Source: Pelagibacteraceae bacterium
Lineage (GTDB): Bacteria; Pseudomonadota; Alphaproteobacteria; Pelagibacterales; Pelagibacteraceae
Assembly (NCBI GenBank): GCA_038124805.1
Contig: JAYPCR010000001.1
Location: 2,122-66,121, forward strand
Direction of reading: 5' to 3'
Length of the DNA stretch: 64,000 bases
This document shows positions 1 through 11,252 of the stretch, one piece after another. Every line of letters starts with the position of its first letter. Position 1 is the stretch's first letter. Under the pieces are notes generated by a model. It saw only the letters and a program-made list of their open reading frames with translations. It was not told where the DNA came from and did not search any database. Made by a program: the position numbers and the translations under genes.

Positions 1-145
1 AGTTAACGTAACAAAAATTAATATTATTAATAAACAAAATCGAACTAAAGTTACCAGAGGCAAAAAAGTTAAAATCTCTGGTTTTAAAAAAGCAATCATA
101 ACACTTAAAAAAGGTCAAAGTATTGACTTAACTACAGGTATTTAA
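1..145 (+). CDS. rplW: 50S ribosomal protein L23, 3' part (5'-truncated by window)
   Basis: Frame 2 reads VNVTKINIINKQNRTKVTRG...GFKKAIITLKKGQSIDLTTGI* (KKA-I-I-TL L23 C-terminal motif), directly upstream of rplB. Confidence 0.93.
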   Translation, partial: VNVTKINIINKQNRTKVTRGKKVKISGFKKAIITLKKGQSIDLTTGI

Positions 146-147
146 AT

Positions 148-981
148 ATGGCATTAAAATCTTTTAGACCTTACACAAAATCTACTAGAGGAACTATCTT
201 AATTGATAGATCTGACTTATGGAAAGGTAAACCATTCAAATCGTTAGTTTCTCCAAAAAACTCAATGAAAGGAAGAAATAATAATGGCCACATAACTTCT
301 ATTAATAGAGCTGGTGGACATAAGAAAATGTATAGACATGTAGATTTTTATAGAAAAAAATTTGATATGCCAGCTACTGTTGAAAGAATAGAATACGATC
401 CGAACAGATCTTGTTACATTATGTTGGTCAAATTTGAGGATAACACTCATGCATACTATTTAGCTCCTCAAAAAATTAGTATTGGAGACAAAATAGAAAA
501 TGGAAATAAAAAAGAAATCAAAGTTGGTAACTGTATGCCTCTACAAGACATTCCAGTAGGCATTAACATACACAATGTTGAAATTCAGCCAGGTGCAGGT
601 GGTAAGATTGCTAGATCAGCAGGCACATCTGTAACAATTAGTGGTTTAGATGGAAATTACAGTTTAATTAAAATGGCTTCAGGAGAGGTCAGAAAAATAG
701 ATTCAAGATCATTAGCAACAATTGGTGTTTTAAGTAATCCAGATCAAAAAAACATTAAAATTGGTAAAGCTGGAAGATCAAGATGGCTTGGAAGAAGACC
801 GCACACTAGAGGAGTTGTTAAAAACCCTGTAGATCACCCACATGGTGGTGGTGAAGGTAAAACTTCTGGAGGAAGACATCCAGTATCTAGAACAGGTCAA
901 TCGGCTAAAGGTTTAAAAACAAGAGATAATAAACGAACAGACAAGTTTATTGTAAGAAGAAGAAAGAAAAGAAAGGATTAG
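148..981 (+). CDS. rplB: 50S ribosomal protein L2
   Basis: GRNNNGHIT, IEYDPNRS, NPVDHPHGGGEG motifs. Confidence 0.99.
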   Translation: MALKSFRPYTKSTRGTILIDRSDLWKGKPFKSLVSPKNSMKGRNNNGHITSINRAGGHKKMYRHVDFYRKKFDMPATVERIEYDPNRSCYIMLVKFEDNTHAYYLAPQKISIGDKIENGNKKEIKVGNCMPLQDIPVGINIHNVEIQPGAGGKIARSAGTSVTISGLDGNYSLIKMASGEVRKIDSRSLATIGVLSNPDQKNIKIGKAGRSRWLGRRPHTRGVVKNPVDHPHGGGEGKTSGGRHPVSRTGQSAKGLKTRDNKRTDKFIVRRRKKRKD

Positions 982-984
982 ATA

Positions 985-1281
985 ATGGCTAGATCTGTTT
1001 GGAAGGGACCATTTGTTGAAGATAGTTTGATGAAAAAAGTTGATAAATACAAACAAGATTCAAAAAAAATACCAATTAAAACTTGGTCTAGAAAATCAAC
1101 AATTATACCTGATTTCGTAGGCGTAAGTTTTTTAATTTATAACGGAAAAAAATTTATACCAATTACCATTTCTGAAGACATGGTTGGTCATAAATTAGGT
1201 GAATTTGCTCCAACAAGAACTTTCTTTGGACATACACCTGCAGATAAAAAAGCAAAACCAGCAGAGGCTAAAAAAGATTAA
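985..1281 (+). CDS. rpsS: 30S ribosomal protein S19
   Basis: [30 protein letters not shown]. Confidence 0.99.
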   Translation: MARSVWKGPFVEDSLMKKVDKYKQDSKKIPIKTWSRKSTIIPDFVGVSFLIYNGKKFIPITISEDMVGHKLGEFAPTRTFFGHTPADKKAKPAEAKKD

Positions 1282-1679
1282 TGAGTAAAAAAAAGAAAAC
1301 AAATCCTAGTAGAGAAAATACAGTGAGATCTATTAATAATAATATTAGATCAAGTGTTAGAAAACTCAATCCAATTTTAAAAGCAATAGTTGGTAAAAAA
1401 GTTGATGTTGCAATTAGAGATTTGGAGTTCTCTGAAAAAAGAGTGACTAGAGATATTAGAAAAACATTAAGCTCAGCTGTAGCCAATGCAGAAAATAACT
1501 ATCAATATGATATTGATAATTTAGTTGTAAAAGAAGCTTATTGTGGAAAAAAAATTATAATGAAAAGATTTAGACCTAGAGCAAAAGGTAGAGCAGCACC
1601 AATATTAAAACCTTATTCTAGTGTTACAATAATTCTATCAGAAGCAAAACAAATGGAGAGTCATGGGACAAAAAGTTAA
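1281..1679 (+). CDS. rplV: 50S ribosomal protein L22
   Basis: [20 protein letters not shown]; S10 operon position. Confidence 0.98.
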   Translation: MSKKKKTNPSRENTVRSINNNIRSSVRKLNPILKAIVGKKVDVAIRDLEFSEKRVTRDIRKTLSSAVANAENNYQYDIDNLVVKEAYCGKKIIMKRFRPRAKGRAAPILKPYSSVTIILSEAKQMESHGTKS

Positions 1680-2343
1680 TCCAGTAGGATTCAGATTGGG
1701 TGTGAATAGAGGCTGGGACTCTGTTTGGTACGCTAAAAAGAAGGATTTTGGTAATTATTTAATCGAAGATTTTAAAATCCGAGAATACATCAAAAAAAAT
1801 GTCATAAACTCTGGAGTTTCTAAAGTCATGATAGAGCGAACTTCTAATAAATGTTATGTTACAATCTATACTTCTAGACCAGGTTTTGTAATTGGAAAAA
1901 AGGGAAGTGATATTGATAAAATTAAGAACAATTTATCAAAATTCACATCTAATGAAGTAACTTTAAATATTAAAGAAGTTAAAAAACCAGAAACCAACGC
2001 ATATTTAGTAGCAGAAAATATAGCCCAACAATTAGTAAAAAGAATTTCATACAGACGAGCTATGAAAAGAGCTATGCAATCTTGTATAAGATTGGGAGCA
2101 AAAGGGATTAAAGTTTCTATTAGCGGTAGACTTGGTGGAAATGAAATTGCAAGAACTGAATGGTTGCGTGATGGTAGTATCCCATCACATACTTTAAGAG
2201 CTGATATTGATTATGCTGAAGCCGAAGCTTTAACTACATATGGAATTATTGGCATTAAAGTCTGGATTTATAAGGGAGAAGTATTTGCTAAAGAATTTAG
2301 TCAAGAAACTAACAAAGTTATACCAAAGGAAGATAAGGAATAA
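1663..2343 (+). CDS. rpsC: 30S ribosomal protein S3
   Basis: [36 protein letters not shown]. Confidence 0.99.
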   Translation: MGQKVNPVGFRLGVNRGWDSVWYAKKKDFGNYLIEDFKIREYIKKNVINSGVSKVMIERTSNKCYVTIYTSRPGFVIGKKGSDIDKIKNNLSKFTSNEVTLNIKEVKKPETNAYLVAENIAQQLVKRISYRRAMKRAMQSCIRLGAKGIKVSISGRLGGNEIARTEWLRDGSIPSHTLRADIDYAEAEALTTYGIIGIKVWIYKGEVFAKEFSQETNKVIPKEDKE

Positions 2344-2345
2344 AT

Positions 2346-2756
2346 ATGTTGCAACCAGTTAGAACTAAGTGGAGAAAAGCTCATAAAGGAAGAATACATG
2401 GCAATGCTTCTAGAGCTAACTTTATAAACTATGGTGCTTACGCATTGAAAGCGTTATCTCCAGAAAGAGTAACAGGAAAACAAATTGAAGCTGCTAGAGT
2501 AGCTCTAACTAGACATATGAAAAGACAAGGAAGAGTTTGGACAAGAGTATTTCCAAACATACCTGTATCAAAAAAACCGATTGAAGTGCGTATGGGTAAA
2601 GGAAAAGGCTCACCAGAATACTATGCATGTAGAGTTAAACCAGGTAGAATATTATTTGAAGTTGATGGAGTTTCAGAACAAATTGCAAAAGAAGCTCTTT
2701 ACAAAGCATCAGCTAAATTACCAATTAAAACAAAAACTATAAAAAGAGTATCTTAA
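2346..2756 (+). CDS. rplP: 50S ribosomal protein L16
   Basis: [26 protein letters not shown]. Confidence 0.99.
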   Translation: MLQPVRTKWRKAHKGRIHGNASRANFINYGAYALKALSPERVTGKQIEAARVALTRHMKRQGRVWTRVFPNIPVSKKPIEVRMGKGKGSPEYYACRVKPGRILFEVDGVSEQIAKEALYKASAKLPIKTKTIKRVS

Positions 2757-2947
2757 TGAAAAAACAAGAAATTAAGAAATTATCAAAAGACGAAGTCATT
2801 AAAAATATTGATAAATTAAAGAAAGACTTGTTTAATTTTAGATTTCAAAAGATCAATTCACAAGTTACAAATCCAGCAAAAATTGGAGAAACAAAAAAAA
2901 CAATAGCAAGATTAAAAACTTTATTAAGAGGAAAATTAAATGCCTAA
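2756..2947 (+). CDS. rpmC: 50S ribosomal protein L29
   Basis: 63 aa, LFNFRFQ...IARLKT; operon position. Confidence 0.97.
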   Translation: MKKQEIKKLSKDEVIKNIDKLKKDLFNFRFQKINSQVTNPAKIGETKKTIARLKTLLRGKLNA

Positions 2948-3176
2948 GAAAATTCTAACAGGTGTAGTTGTAAGTGATAAACCAAACAAAACAGTTACAG
3001 TAATGGTTGAGAGAAAATATGCTCATCCAGTGTTAAAGAAGGTTGTAAGAGTTAAAAAAAAATACAATGCGCATGATGAAAATAACAAATTTAAAACAGG
3101 TGATAAAGTCTCAATAATTGAAAGTAGACCTTATTCAAAAAACAAAAAATTTGAAGTTATGGAGAATGTAAAATAA
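2940..3176 (+). CDS. rpsQ: 30S ribosomal protein S17
   Basis: GVVVSDK, HPVLKK, AHDENN, ESRPYSK. Confidence 0.98.
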   Translation: MPKKILTGVVVSDKPNKTVTVMVERKYAHPVLKKVVRVKKKYNAHDENNKFKTGDKVSIIESRPYSKNKKFEVMENVK

Positions 3177-3544
3177 TGATACAGGTGCAAACAGAATTAC
3201 AAGTTGCTGACAATACTGGAGCAAAGAGAATTGAGTGTATTAAGGTTCTAGGTGGGTCTAAGAGAAGATACGCAAGTATAGGTGATACTATTGTTATTGC
3301 TGTTAAAGATGCAATACCAAAGGGAAAAGTTAAAAAAGGATCAGTTCACAAAGCTGTCGTTGTTAGGGTTAAAAAAGGAATTCATAGAGAAGATGGATCA
3401 AAAGTAAAATTTGATAATAATGCTGCTGTTCTAGTAGACGACAAAGGAGAACCGGTTGGAACTAGAATATTTGGTCCAGTAACTAGAGAATTAAGAAATA
3501 GAGGACAAATGAAAATTATTTCACTTGCACCAGAGGTTTTGTAA
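3176..3544 (+). CDS. rplN: 50S ribosomal protein L14
   Basis: [26 protein letters not shown]. Confidence 0.99.
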   Translation: MIQVQTELQVADNTGAKRIECIKVLGGSKRRYASIGDTIVIAVKDAIPKGKVKKGSVHKAVVVRVKKGIHREDGSKVKFDNNAAVLVDDKGEPVGTRIFGPVTRELRNRGQMKIISLAPEVL

Positions 3545-3793
3545 ATGATTAAAAAAGGTTTAAAAGTTCTAGTTTTAACTGGAAAGGATAAAAAAAAAGA
3601 AGGTGAAGTTATAGAAATTGATAGAGCAAATAATAGAGCTAAAGTTAAAGATATAAATATTGTTAAAAAACATGTCAAAACCACAAAAGAGAAAAAAGGT
3701 GGCATTGTTTCTAAAGAAAGTTTTATACATCTTTCAAATTTAAAATTAGTTGATGAAAAATCAAAAAACAAAAAAGTTGAGGCTAAAAAATAA
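3545..3793 (+). CDS. rplX: 50S ribosomal protein L24 (short, 82 aa)
   Basis: KOW motif [21 protein letters not shown]; between rplN and rplE. Confidence 0.96.
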   Translation: MIKKGLKVLVLTGKDKKKEGEVIEIDRANNRAKVKDINIVKKHVKTTKEKKGGIVSKESFIHLSNLKLVDEKSKNKKVEAKK

Positions 3794-4347
3794 TGAGTCC
3801 AAGATTAAAAGAATTATATATTAAAGAAATTCAACCAGCTCTTAAATCACAGTTTGGATTTAAAAATATTTATATGAGCCCTAAAATTGAAAAAGTTGTA
3901 TTAAATATGGGACTTGGTCTAGACGGCGCTGACGCTAAAATTTTAAAATCTTGTGAAGAGGATATGGCGAAAATTTCAGGTCAAAAACCAGTAATAACTA
4001 AATATAAGAAGTCTATTGCTAACTTCAAAACAAGAAAAGGTACAAATGCTGGTTTAAAAGTTACATTAAGAAAAAATAAGATGTATGAATTTTTAGATAG
4101 ATTAGTGAATATTGCGCTTCCAAGAATAAAAGATTTTAGAGGTCTATCATCAAAGGGTTTTGATAAATTTGGAAACTACACATTTGGAATTAAAGAACAC
4201 ATAATATTTCCTGAAGTTAGTTTTGATAGAGCAGATAAAGTAAGAGGCATGGATATCGTGATAGTAATTTCTGCAATAAATAAAGATCATAGTTATGCTT
4301 TATTAGAAAAAATGAATTTTCCATTTATTAAAAGAGGAGATAATTAA
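3793..4347 (+). CDS. rplE: 50S ribosomal protein L5
   Basis: [25 protein letters not shown]. Confidence 0.99.
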   Translation: MSPRLKELYIKEIQPALKSQFGFKNIYMSPKIEKVVLNMGLGLDGADAKILKSCEEDMAKISGQKPVITKYKKSIANFKTRKGTNAGLKVTLRKNKMYEFLDRLVNIALPRIKDFRGLSSKGFDKFGNYTFGIKEHIIFPEVSFDRADKVRGMDIVIVISAINKDHSYALLEKMNFPFIKRGDN

Positions 4348-4349
4348 AA

Positions 4350-4655
4350 ATGGCTAAACTAAGTTCTATAAATAAAAATAATAGAAGAATTAAACTGTCT
4401 GATAAATTTTATAAAAAAAGACAAAAATTGAAAAAAATTGTTATGGACAAAAAATTACCATTTGAAGAAAGATTTAAAGCTCAACAAAAACTTGCTAAAT
4501 TACCAAGAAATTCAGCAAAGGTAAGAGTTATGAATAGATGCCAGATAACAGGAAGACCTCATGGTGTTTATAGAAAATTAAAAATATCTAGAATTGCACT
4601 AAGACAATTAGGGTTGCAAGGAAAGATACCAGGTTTAGTTAAATCTAGTTGGTAG
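4350..4655 (+). CDS. rpsN: 30S ribosomal protein S14 (long, zinc-independent type)
   Basis: [25 protein letters not shown]; only one Cys. Confidence 0.98.
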   Translation: MAKLSSINKNNRRIKLSDKFYKKRQKLKKIVMDKKLPFEERFKAQQKLAKLPRNSAKVRVMNRCQITGRPHGVYRKLKISRIALRQLGLQGKIPGLVKSSW

Positions 4656-4665
4656 AAAGGAAATT

Positions 4666-5061
4666 ATGAGTTTAAGTGACCCAATAGGAGATATGATAGC
4701 AAGAGTAAAAAATGCTCAAGCAAGAAATCATAAAAAAGTAGAGTTACCTTCTTCAAAATTTAAAGTAAAAATAGCTGAAATCTTAAAAAGTGAAGGTTTC
4801 ATAAAAGAGTTTAAAGTTAACACTGCTGATAATAAGTCAACTCTTTCATTAGATTTAAAATATCATTCTGGTAATCCTGTAATAAGTTCATTTGAAAGAG
4901 TATCAAAACCAGGAAGAAGAATTTTTTCAAGTGCTGAAAGTCTACCAAAAATAAATAATGGCCTTGGTATTGCAATAGTATCAACACCAAAAGGTGTAAT
5001 GACTGATATTGATGCAAGAAAACAGAAAATTGGTGGAGAAATAATTTGTAAGGTATTCTAA
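4666..5061 (+). CDS. rpsH: 30S ribosomal protein S8
   Basis: DPIGDMIAR, RVSKPGRR, STPKGVMTD. Confidence 0.99.
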   Translation: MSLSDPIGDMIARVKNAQARNHKKVELPSSKFKVKIAEILKSEGFIKEFKVNTADNKSTLSLDLKYHSGNPVISSFERVSKPGRRIFSSAESLPKINNGLGIAIVSTPKGVMTDIDARKQKIGGEIICKVF

Positions 5062-5600
5062 TGTCTAAAATAGGTAAAATTAATATTAATATTCCAGAAA
5101 AAGTCAAAGTAGTTTTGGCAGGCAATATGTTAAATATTGAAGGTCCATTAGGGAAAAAATCGATTGGTATTGATTTAGATATATTTAATTTAGATATCAA
5201 AGATGGTAAGCAAATTTCAATTAAACCTAAAAAAATTGATCAAAATACTAAAAGATTATGGGGCATGAATAGAAGTTTAATTAATAATGCAGTAATAGGT
5301 TCTAGCACTGGATATGAAAAAACTCTAGAATTAGTTGGAGTTGGGTATCGAGCTGCATTAAAAGGTAATCAACTTAATTTACAGTTAGGTTATAGTCACG
5401 ATATAGATTTTGATATTCCAGAAGGAATTAAAATAGCTGTTGATAAACAAACTACTTTAAAAATTACTGGTTCAGATAAACAACTGGTTGGTTCTGTTGC
5501 GTCAAAAATTAAAACCCTAAGAAAAATTGAACCGTATAAAGGAAAAGGAATTAGAGAAAAAGGTCAATTTGTTCTTAAAAAAGAAGGAAAGAAAAAGTAA
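5061..5600 (+). CDS. rplF: 50S ribosomal protein L6
   Basis: [29 protein letters not shown]. Confidence 0.99.
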   Translation: MSKIGKININIPEKVKVVLAGNMLNIEGPLGKKSIGIDLDIFNLDIKDGKQISIKPKKIDQNTKRLWGMNRSLINNAVIGSSTGYEKTLELVGVGYRAALKGNQLNLQLGYSHDIDFDIPEGIKIAVDKQTTLKITGSDKQLVGSVASKIKTLRKIEPYKGKGIREKGQFVLKKEGKKK

Positions 5601-5956
5601 TGAAACTAAACGCAACTATTAGAAAAAGATTTAGAGTTAGCAACAAAGTTAAGAGAGTTGCTTCTAATGATAGATTTCGATTAAGTATATTTAGATCGTC
5701 AAGCAACATATCTGCTCAAATTATAGATGATGCTAAAAATATTACTTTAGTATCCGCATCCTCTGTCGAAAAAGATATGAAATCAGGATCAAAAGTTAGC
5801 AAAATAGAGTTATCAAAAATAGTTGCTGAAAAATTGGCTAAAAAAGCTCAAGAAAAGAAAATTACAAAAATATTCTTTGATAGAGGTGTTTATAAATATC
5901 ATGGAAGAGTAAAAGCTTTTGCAGAAGCGCTTAGAGAAAATGGAATGGAATTTTAA
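5600..5956 (+). CDS. rplR: 50S ribosomal protein L18
   Basis: [27 protein letters not shown]. Confidence 0.99.
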   Translation: MKLNATIRKRFRVSNKVKRVASNDRFRLSIFRSSSNISAQIIDDAKNITLVSASSVEKDMKSGSKVSKIELSKIVAEKLAKKAQEKKITKIFFDRGVYKYHGRVKAFAEALRENGMEF

Positions 5957-5958
5957 TT

Positions 5959-6480
5959 ATGGAAAATGTAAATAATAAAGATAAAAAAACTGACGATATC
6001 TTAGAAAAATTAGTTCATATCAACAGAATAACTAAAGTTGTAAAAGGTGGAAGAAGATTTGGCTTTTCTGCATTAGTTGTAGTAGGTAACCAAGCTGGAA
6101 AAATTGGAATTGCACATGCTAAAGCAAAACAAGTTCCTGATGCAATTAAAAAAGCTAACGAAATGGCTAGAAGAAAATTAATCCATATACCATTACGAGA
6201 AGGAAGAACAATTCATCATGACGTAAAAGCTAAAGATGGATCAGGAAGAATAGTTTTAAGGGCTGCAACTAAAGGAACCGGTATTATTGCTGGTGGACCA
6301 GTTAGAGCAGTATGTGAAGTTTTGGGTGTAAAAGATATTGTGGCTAAATCAATGGGAACATCAAATGCTCATAACGTTATTAGAGCAACAATGAAGGCAT
6401 TATTAAAACAAAATTCACCAAAACAGATATCAACAATCAGAAATAAAAAAATTTCTGAGATTATTGAAAAAAGAGGCTAA
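5959..6480 (+). CDS. rpsE: 30S ribosomal protein S5
   Basis: RITKVVKGGRRF, GTGIIAGGPVRAV. Confidence 0.99.
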   Translation: MENVNNKDKKTDDILEKLVHINRITKVVKGGRRFGFSALVVVGNQAGKIGIAHAKAKQVPDAIKKANEMARRKLIHIPLREGRTIHHDVKAKDGSGRIVLRAATKGTGIIAGGPVRAVCEVLGVKDIVAKSMGTSNAHNVIRATMKALLKQNSPKQISTIRNKKISEIIEKRG

Positions 6481-6932
6481 TGATTACTTTAAATAATAGA
6501 GATAAGATTAATAAATCTAAAATGAGAGTTGGTAGAGGTATCGGCTCTGGAAAAGGAAAAACTTCAGGAAGAGGTGTAAAAGGTCAAAAATCAAGATCTG
6601 GAGTTGCAATTAAAAGTTTTGAAGGTGGCCAAATGCCATTATACCGTAGATTGCCTAAAAGAGGTTTTAACCCCATTTCAAAAGAAAATATTGCTATATT
6701 AAATCTAGAAAAAATTCAGTCTTATATAGATAGCAAAAGCATTAATACTTCAGATACAATCAATTCTGAATTATTAAAAAAAAATAAATTAATTAATAAA
6801 AGTTCAGCTAAATTAAAAATTTTAGGAACTGGAGAAATAAAAGATAAAATCAATATAGTTGCAGATTTAGCTTCAAAGTCAGCTATAGAGAAACTTGAAA
6901 AAATTGGTGGCTCTATACAATTAAAGAAATAA
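6480..6932 (+). CDS. rplO: 50S ribosomal protein L15
   Basis: RVGRGIGSGKGKTSGRG, FEGGQMPLYRRLPKRGF. Confidence 0.99.
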   Translation: MITLNNRDKINKSKMRVGRGIGSGKGKTSGRGVKGQKSRSGVAIKSFEGGQMPLYRRLPKRGFNPISKENIAILNLEKIQSYIDSKSINTSDTINSELLKKNKLINKSSAKLKILGTGEIKDKINIVADLASKSAIEKLEKIGGSIQLKK

Positions 6933-6942
6933 TTGATTTATA

Positions 6943-8223
6943 ATGAGTGCGTCTTCATCATCTAATGATCTTAAGAATAGAATATTATTTACTATTTTTA
7001 TTTTAGCTGTTTATAGGTTTGGCACATTTGTTCCTTTGCCAGGTATAGATCCAGAGCAATTAAAAATTATGATGGATGGTAATCAAAAAGGATTACTTGG
7101 CATGTTCAATGTATTTGCAGGTGGAGCTGTAAGTAGAATGGCAATATTTGCATTAGGGATCATGCCATATATATCATCATCCATTATTGTTCAGTTATTA
7201 ACTGGGGTTTCAGATTATTTTAAAAATTTAAAAGCTCAAGGTGAAACTGGTAGAGCAAAAATTACTCAAATTACTCGATATGGAACTGTCTTATTAGCAA
7301 CTATCCAAGGATATGGATTAGCAGTAGGTTTAGAGTCATCTGCTGATTTGGTTATAAATCCAGGTATATTTTTTAAAATTTCCACAGTGACAACTATTGT
7401 AGCAGGAACATTATTTTTGATGTGGTTAGGTGAACAAATTACCCAAAGAGGTATTGGTAATGGTATTTCTCTAATTATTTTTGCAGGAATTGTAGCCGAA
7501 ATACCAAGAGCTCTGGTGACTACTTTTGAATTAGGAAGAACAGGTGCGGTATCAACATTTATGATCCTGGCAATTTTTGTATTATTGATTTTAACAATTT
7601 TATTTATTGTTTTTATGGAGAGAGCATTAAGGAAAATTCTTATTAATTATCCAAAAAGACAAATGGGAAATAAAATGTATGGAGGCGAGTCTTCACATCT
7701 ACCTCTAAAAATTAATCAAGCAGGAGTAATACCAGCAATTTTTGCATCAGCACTATTATTGTTACCTGTAACTTTTTCAAATTTTAATTTTTCAGATAAT
7801 GAAACTTTTTTAAATATAAGTTCATATTTTACTCAAGGACAACCTTTGTATATGCTGTTGTATGCTTCTGGAATAATTTTCTTTACATTTTTTTATACAT
7901 CAATAACTTTTAATCCTACAGAAACAGCCGATAACTTAAGAAAATATGGAGGTTTCATTCCAGGTATAAGACCAGGCGAAAGTACTGCTTTATACATTGA
8001 AAACATCCTAACAAAATTGACAACTATAGGTGCGCTGTATTTAACATTAGTTTGTTTGATGCCAGAATTTTTAATTGCAAATTATCCAATACCTTTTTAT
8101 TTAGGCGGAACATCAATCTTGATTGTAGTAGTTGTTGCAATAGATACAGTCACTCAAATTCAAACTAGATTGATGAGCTCTCAATACGAACAATTAATTA
8201 AGAAAACAAAATTTGGAAAATAA
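6943..8223 (+). CDS. secY: Preprotein translocase subunit SecY
   Basis: FALGIMPYISSSII, GIGNGISLIIF, IPGIRPG, GGTSILI; multiple TM segments. Confidence 0.99.
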   Translation: MSASSSSNDLKNRILFTIFILAVYRFGTFVPLPGIDPEQLKIMMDGNQKGLLGMFNVFAGGAVSRMAIFALGIMPYISSSIIVQLLTGVSDYFKNLKAQGETGRAKITQITRYGTVLLATIQGYGLAVGLESSADLVINPGIFFKISTVTTIVAGTLFLMWLGEQITQRGIGNGISLIIFAGIVAEIPRALVTTFELGRTGAVSTFMILAIFVLLILTILFIVFMERALRKILINYPKRQMGNKMYGGESSHLPLKINQAGVIPAIFASALLLLPVTFSNFNFSDNETFLNISSYFTQGQPLYMLLYASGIIFFTFFYTSITFNPTETADNLRKYGGFIPGIRPGESTALYIENILTKLTTIGALYLTLVCLMPEFLIANYPIPFYLGGTSILIVVVVAIDTVTQIQTRLMSSQYEQLIKKTKFGK

Positions 8224-8226
8224 GTC

Positions 8227-8868
8227 GTGAATATAATTTTGTTTGGTCCTCCCGCAGCTGGAAAAGGAACCCAAGCTCAATTAATTGTTAAAAAATATAA
8301 TTACTTTCAGTTATCAACAGGTGATTTATTAAGAAAAGAAGCTCAAAAAAAAAGTGAATTAGGTTTAAAGATTGAATCTTTAATTTCAAAAGGAAACTTT
8401 GTTCCTGATGAAATAGTAAATCAAATATTAGAAAAGACCATTCTAGGTTTAAAATATAAAGATAGAATTATTTTTGATGGTTATCCTCGGACCATAGATC
8501 AAGCCAAAAATTTAGATGATATCTTAAAAAATTTTAATCAAAAAATAGACCTAGTTATTAGTTTATCTGTACCCAGAGAAATTGTTGAAAAAAGAATAAT
8601 TGGCAGAGTTACCTGTCAAAAATGTAATGTTACATTAAATGAATTTTTTAATTCTCAAGAAATTGAACTTCATCCATGCGGCAGTGATGAATTTATAAAA
8701 AGAAAAGATGACACTGTATCAACTGTATTATCAAGATATGATATTTATACAAATACAACTCAACCAGTTATCGATTACCTTTCAAATAAAATAGATTTTC
8801 ATGAGATCGACGGAACTCTTAAAATTAACGAAATAACAGCTAAAATTGACGGTATTCTAAATGTTTAA
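8227..8868 (+). CDS. adk: Adenylate kinase (GTG start)
   Basis: GPPAAGKGTQ P-loop, STGDLLR, FDGYPRT, LID domain. Confidence 0.98.
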   Translation: MNIILFGPPAAGKGTQAQLIVKKYNYFQLSTGDLLRKEAQKKSELGLKIESLISKGNFVPDEIVNQILEKTILGLKYKDRIIFDGYPRTIDQAKNLDDILKNFNQKIDLVISLSVPREIVEKRIIGRVTCQKCNVTLNEFFNSQEIELHPCGSDEFIKRKDDTVSTVLSRYDIYTNTTQPVIDYLSNKIDFHEIDGTLKINEITAKIDGILNV

Positions 8869-8872
8869 TGCG

Positions 8873-8900
8873 TTGACATTGAAAGAACTTCTTATATAAA
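8873..8900 (+). promoter_or_regulatory. Putative sigma70 promoter of the alpha (rpsM) operon
   Basis: TTGACA (8873-8878), 16 nt, TATAAA (8895-8900) in the adk-rpsM gap. Confidence 0.7.
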
Positions 8901-8924
8901 AGGCTGAAAATTTATCACATATAT

Positions 8925-9308
8925 ATGGCACGTATCGCAGGTATTAATATTCCACAAAACAAGTTAGTTCATATCGGACTTACTTATATTTATGGAATAG
9001 GAAATAAATTTTCTCAACAAATCTGTTCATCACTAGAAATACCAAGACAAAAAAGAGTTAATGAATTAACTGATGAAGAAATTTTAAAGATTAGAGAATA
9101 TATTGATCAAAATTTTAAAGTCGAAGGTGATTTAAGAAGAGATTACTCTCTAAGTATTAAAAGATTAATTGATCTTGCTTGTTATCGAGGTACCAGGCAC
9201 AGAAAAAAATTACCTGTAAGAGGACAAAGAACAAGATGTAATGCTAGAACTAGAAAAGGTAAAGCTATAGCTATTGCAGGTAAAAAATTAACACCACTTA
9301 AAAAATAA
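8925..9308 (+). CDS. rpsM: 30S ribosomal protein S13
   Basis: [19 protein letters not shown]. Confidence 0.99.
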   Translation: MARIAGINIPQNKLVHIGLTYIYGIGNKFSQQICSSLEIPRQKRVNELTDEEILKIREYIDQNFKVEGDLRRDYSLSIKRLIDLACYRGTRHRKKLPVRGQRTRCNARTRKGKAIAIAGKKLTPLKK

Positions 9309-9313
9309 TTATT

Positions 9314-9763
9314 ATGGCTAAAGTTGATAAGGTTGAAAATAAAGAGCAACAAGTAGAAAAATCTTCAAAAAAAGTAAATAAGAGTTCTTATTCTAAGAAG
9401 AAAAAAGTTAAAAAAAATATTCTTAATGGGATTGCTTATGTGCAATCTACTTTCAATAACACGATAATTTCAATAGCTGATACAAATGGCAATGTTATTT
9501 CATGGGCTTCAGCTGGACAAAAAGGTTTTAAAGGTTCTAGAAAATCTACTCCTTATGCAGCTCAAATTGCAGCTGATGCCGCAGCGTCAAAAGCATTAGA
9601 ATATGGAATGAAAACTCTTTCTGTAGAAGTTAAAGGTCCTGGATCAGGACGTGAAACAGCATTACGAGCATTGCAAGCAAGAGGATTTAAAATTTTGTCT
9701 ATTAAAGACACAACACCAATGCCTCATAACGGAACTAGACCACCAAAAAAAAGGAGAGTTTAA
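9314..9763 (+). CDS. rpsK: 30S ribosomal protein S11 (Lys-rich N-terminal extension)
   Basis: [34 protein letters not shown]. Confidence 0.99.
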   Translation: MAKVDKVENKEQQVEKSSKKVNKSSYSKKKKVKKNILNGIAYVQSTFNNTIISIADTNGNVISWASAGQKGFKGSRKSTPYAAQIAADAAASKALEYGMKTLSVEVKGPGSGRETALRALQARGFKILSIKDTTPMPHNGTRPPKKRRV

Positions 9764-10791
9764 TGGAAACTGAAAATGTTAATATTAAAAATTGGAAATC
9801 ATTAATTAAGCCATCAAAACTTGATGTTAAAATTAGTGATGATTTAACTCATGCAACTATTGTAGCTGAGCCTTTGGAAAAAGGTTATGGGCTAACACTT
9901 GGAAATTCATTAAGAAGAATATTGCTATCTTCTATTAGAGGTGCAGCTGTAACCTCAATTCAAATTGATGGTGTTTTACATGAATTTACATCAATTAAAG
10001 GTGTCAGAGAAGATGTTACTGATATAGTTTTAAACGTAAAGTCTTTAGCTTTGAAAAGTGCTAGTGAAGGAACAAAAAAACTAATTTTAGATGCAAAAGG
10101 ACCTGGAGAAATAAAAGCTTCAGATATTTCACCTGTAGCAGATGTTGAAATTTTAAATCCAGATTTAGTTATTTGTAATTTAGATGAAAACACTCATTTC
10201 CATATGGAGATGAATGTTAATACTGGAAAAGGTTATGTGCCTGCAGAATTAAACAAACCTGAGGAACCGCCATTAGGCCTTATAGCAATTGATTCTTTAT
10301 ATAGTCCAGTCAAGAAAGTTTCATATTCAGTTAGTACAGCTAGAGAAGGTAAGGCACTAGATTATGATAAATTAACAATGGAAGTTGAAACAAATGGTTC
10401 GATTTCTGCAGAAGATGCTGTTGCTTATTCAGCAAGAATTTTTCAGGATCAATTAAAAATGTTCATTAATTTTGATGAACCTGTAGAAGCCCCAGTAAAA
10501 GAAGTTTCTTCAGAACCTGAATTTAATAAAAATTTATTGAGAAAAGTAGATGAATTAGAACTTTCAGTAAGATCTATGAATTGTCTTAAAAATGATAACA
10601 TTATTTACATAGGTGATTTAGTGCAAAAATCTGAAGGTGAGATGTTAAGAACTCCGAATTTTGGCCGTAAGTCTCTTAATGAAATTAAGGAAGTTTTAAC
10701 TGGTATGTCATTGTACTTAGGAATGGAAATTCCTAATTGGCCACCAGACAATATTGCAGAGATGTCTAAAAAATTAGAGGAAGCTATCTAA
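9763..10791 (+). CDS. rpoA: RNA polymerase subunit alpha
   Basis: [43 protein letters not shown]. Confidence 0.99.
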   Translation: METENVNIKNWKSLIKPSKLDVKISDDLTHATIVAEPLEKGYGLTLGNSLRRILLSSIRGAAVTSIQIDGVLHEFTSIKGVREDVTDIVLNVKSLALKSASEGTKKLILDAKGPGEIKASDISPVADVEILNPDLVICNLDENTHFHMEMNVNTGKGYVPAELNKPEEPPLGLIAIDSLYSPVKKVSYSVSTAREGKALDYDKLTMEVETNGSISAEDAVAYSARIFQDQLKMFINFDEPVEAPVKEVSSEPEFNKNLLRKVDELELSVRSMNCLKNDNIIYIGDLVQKSEGEMLRTPNFGRKSLNEIKEVLTGMSLYLGMEIPNWPPDNIAEMSKKLEEAI

Positions 10792-11234
10792 TGAGACATG
10801 GAATGGCAAATAAGAAGTTAAACAGAACTTCTGAGCACAGAAAGGCTATGCTCAAGAACATGCTTAACTCATTAATCAAATATGAACAGATTAAAACAAC
10901 TTTGCCAAAAGCTAAATTTTTAAAACCTCAGGCTGATAAAATAATCACTTTGGGTAAAAAGGAAACTTTACACACTACAAAAATGTTAGTTTCACAACTT
11001 CAAGATATAAAGTCTGCAAATAAAGTAAAAAAAACTCTTTCAAAAAGATATGAAAATAGAAAAGGTGGCTATACTAGAATTATTAAAGCAGGATTTAGAT
11101 ATGGCGATAATGCCCCAATGGCTATCATAGAATTTGTAGATAGAGATGTTGAAGCGAAAAGAATAGATAAGAAGAAAAAAGAGACAAATAAAGAAACTGC
11201 TCCAAAAGAAGAAAAAAAATTAGCTACTGCTTAA
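10791..11234 (+). CDS. rplQ: 50S ribosomal protein L17
   Basis: MRHG, IKTTLPKAK, GGYTRIIK, GDNAPMA. Confidence 0.99.
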   Translation: MRHGMANKKLNRTSEHRKAMLKNMLNSLIKYEQIKTTLPKAKFLKPQADKIITLGKKETLHTTKMLVSQLQDIKSANKVKKTLSKRYENRKGGYTRIIKAGFRYGDNAPMAIIEFVDRDVEAKRIDKKKKETNKETAPKEEKKLATA

Positions 11235-11252
11235 TTTAATACTTAAATTATC

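Noticed and set aside
8869-9763. Absence of infA, rpmJ and rpsD around adk and the alpha operon
   Set aside because: Normal arrangement in alphaproteobacteria
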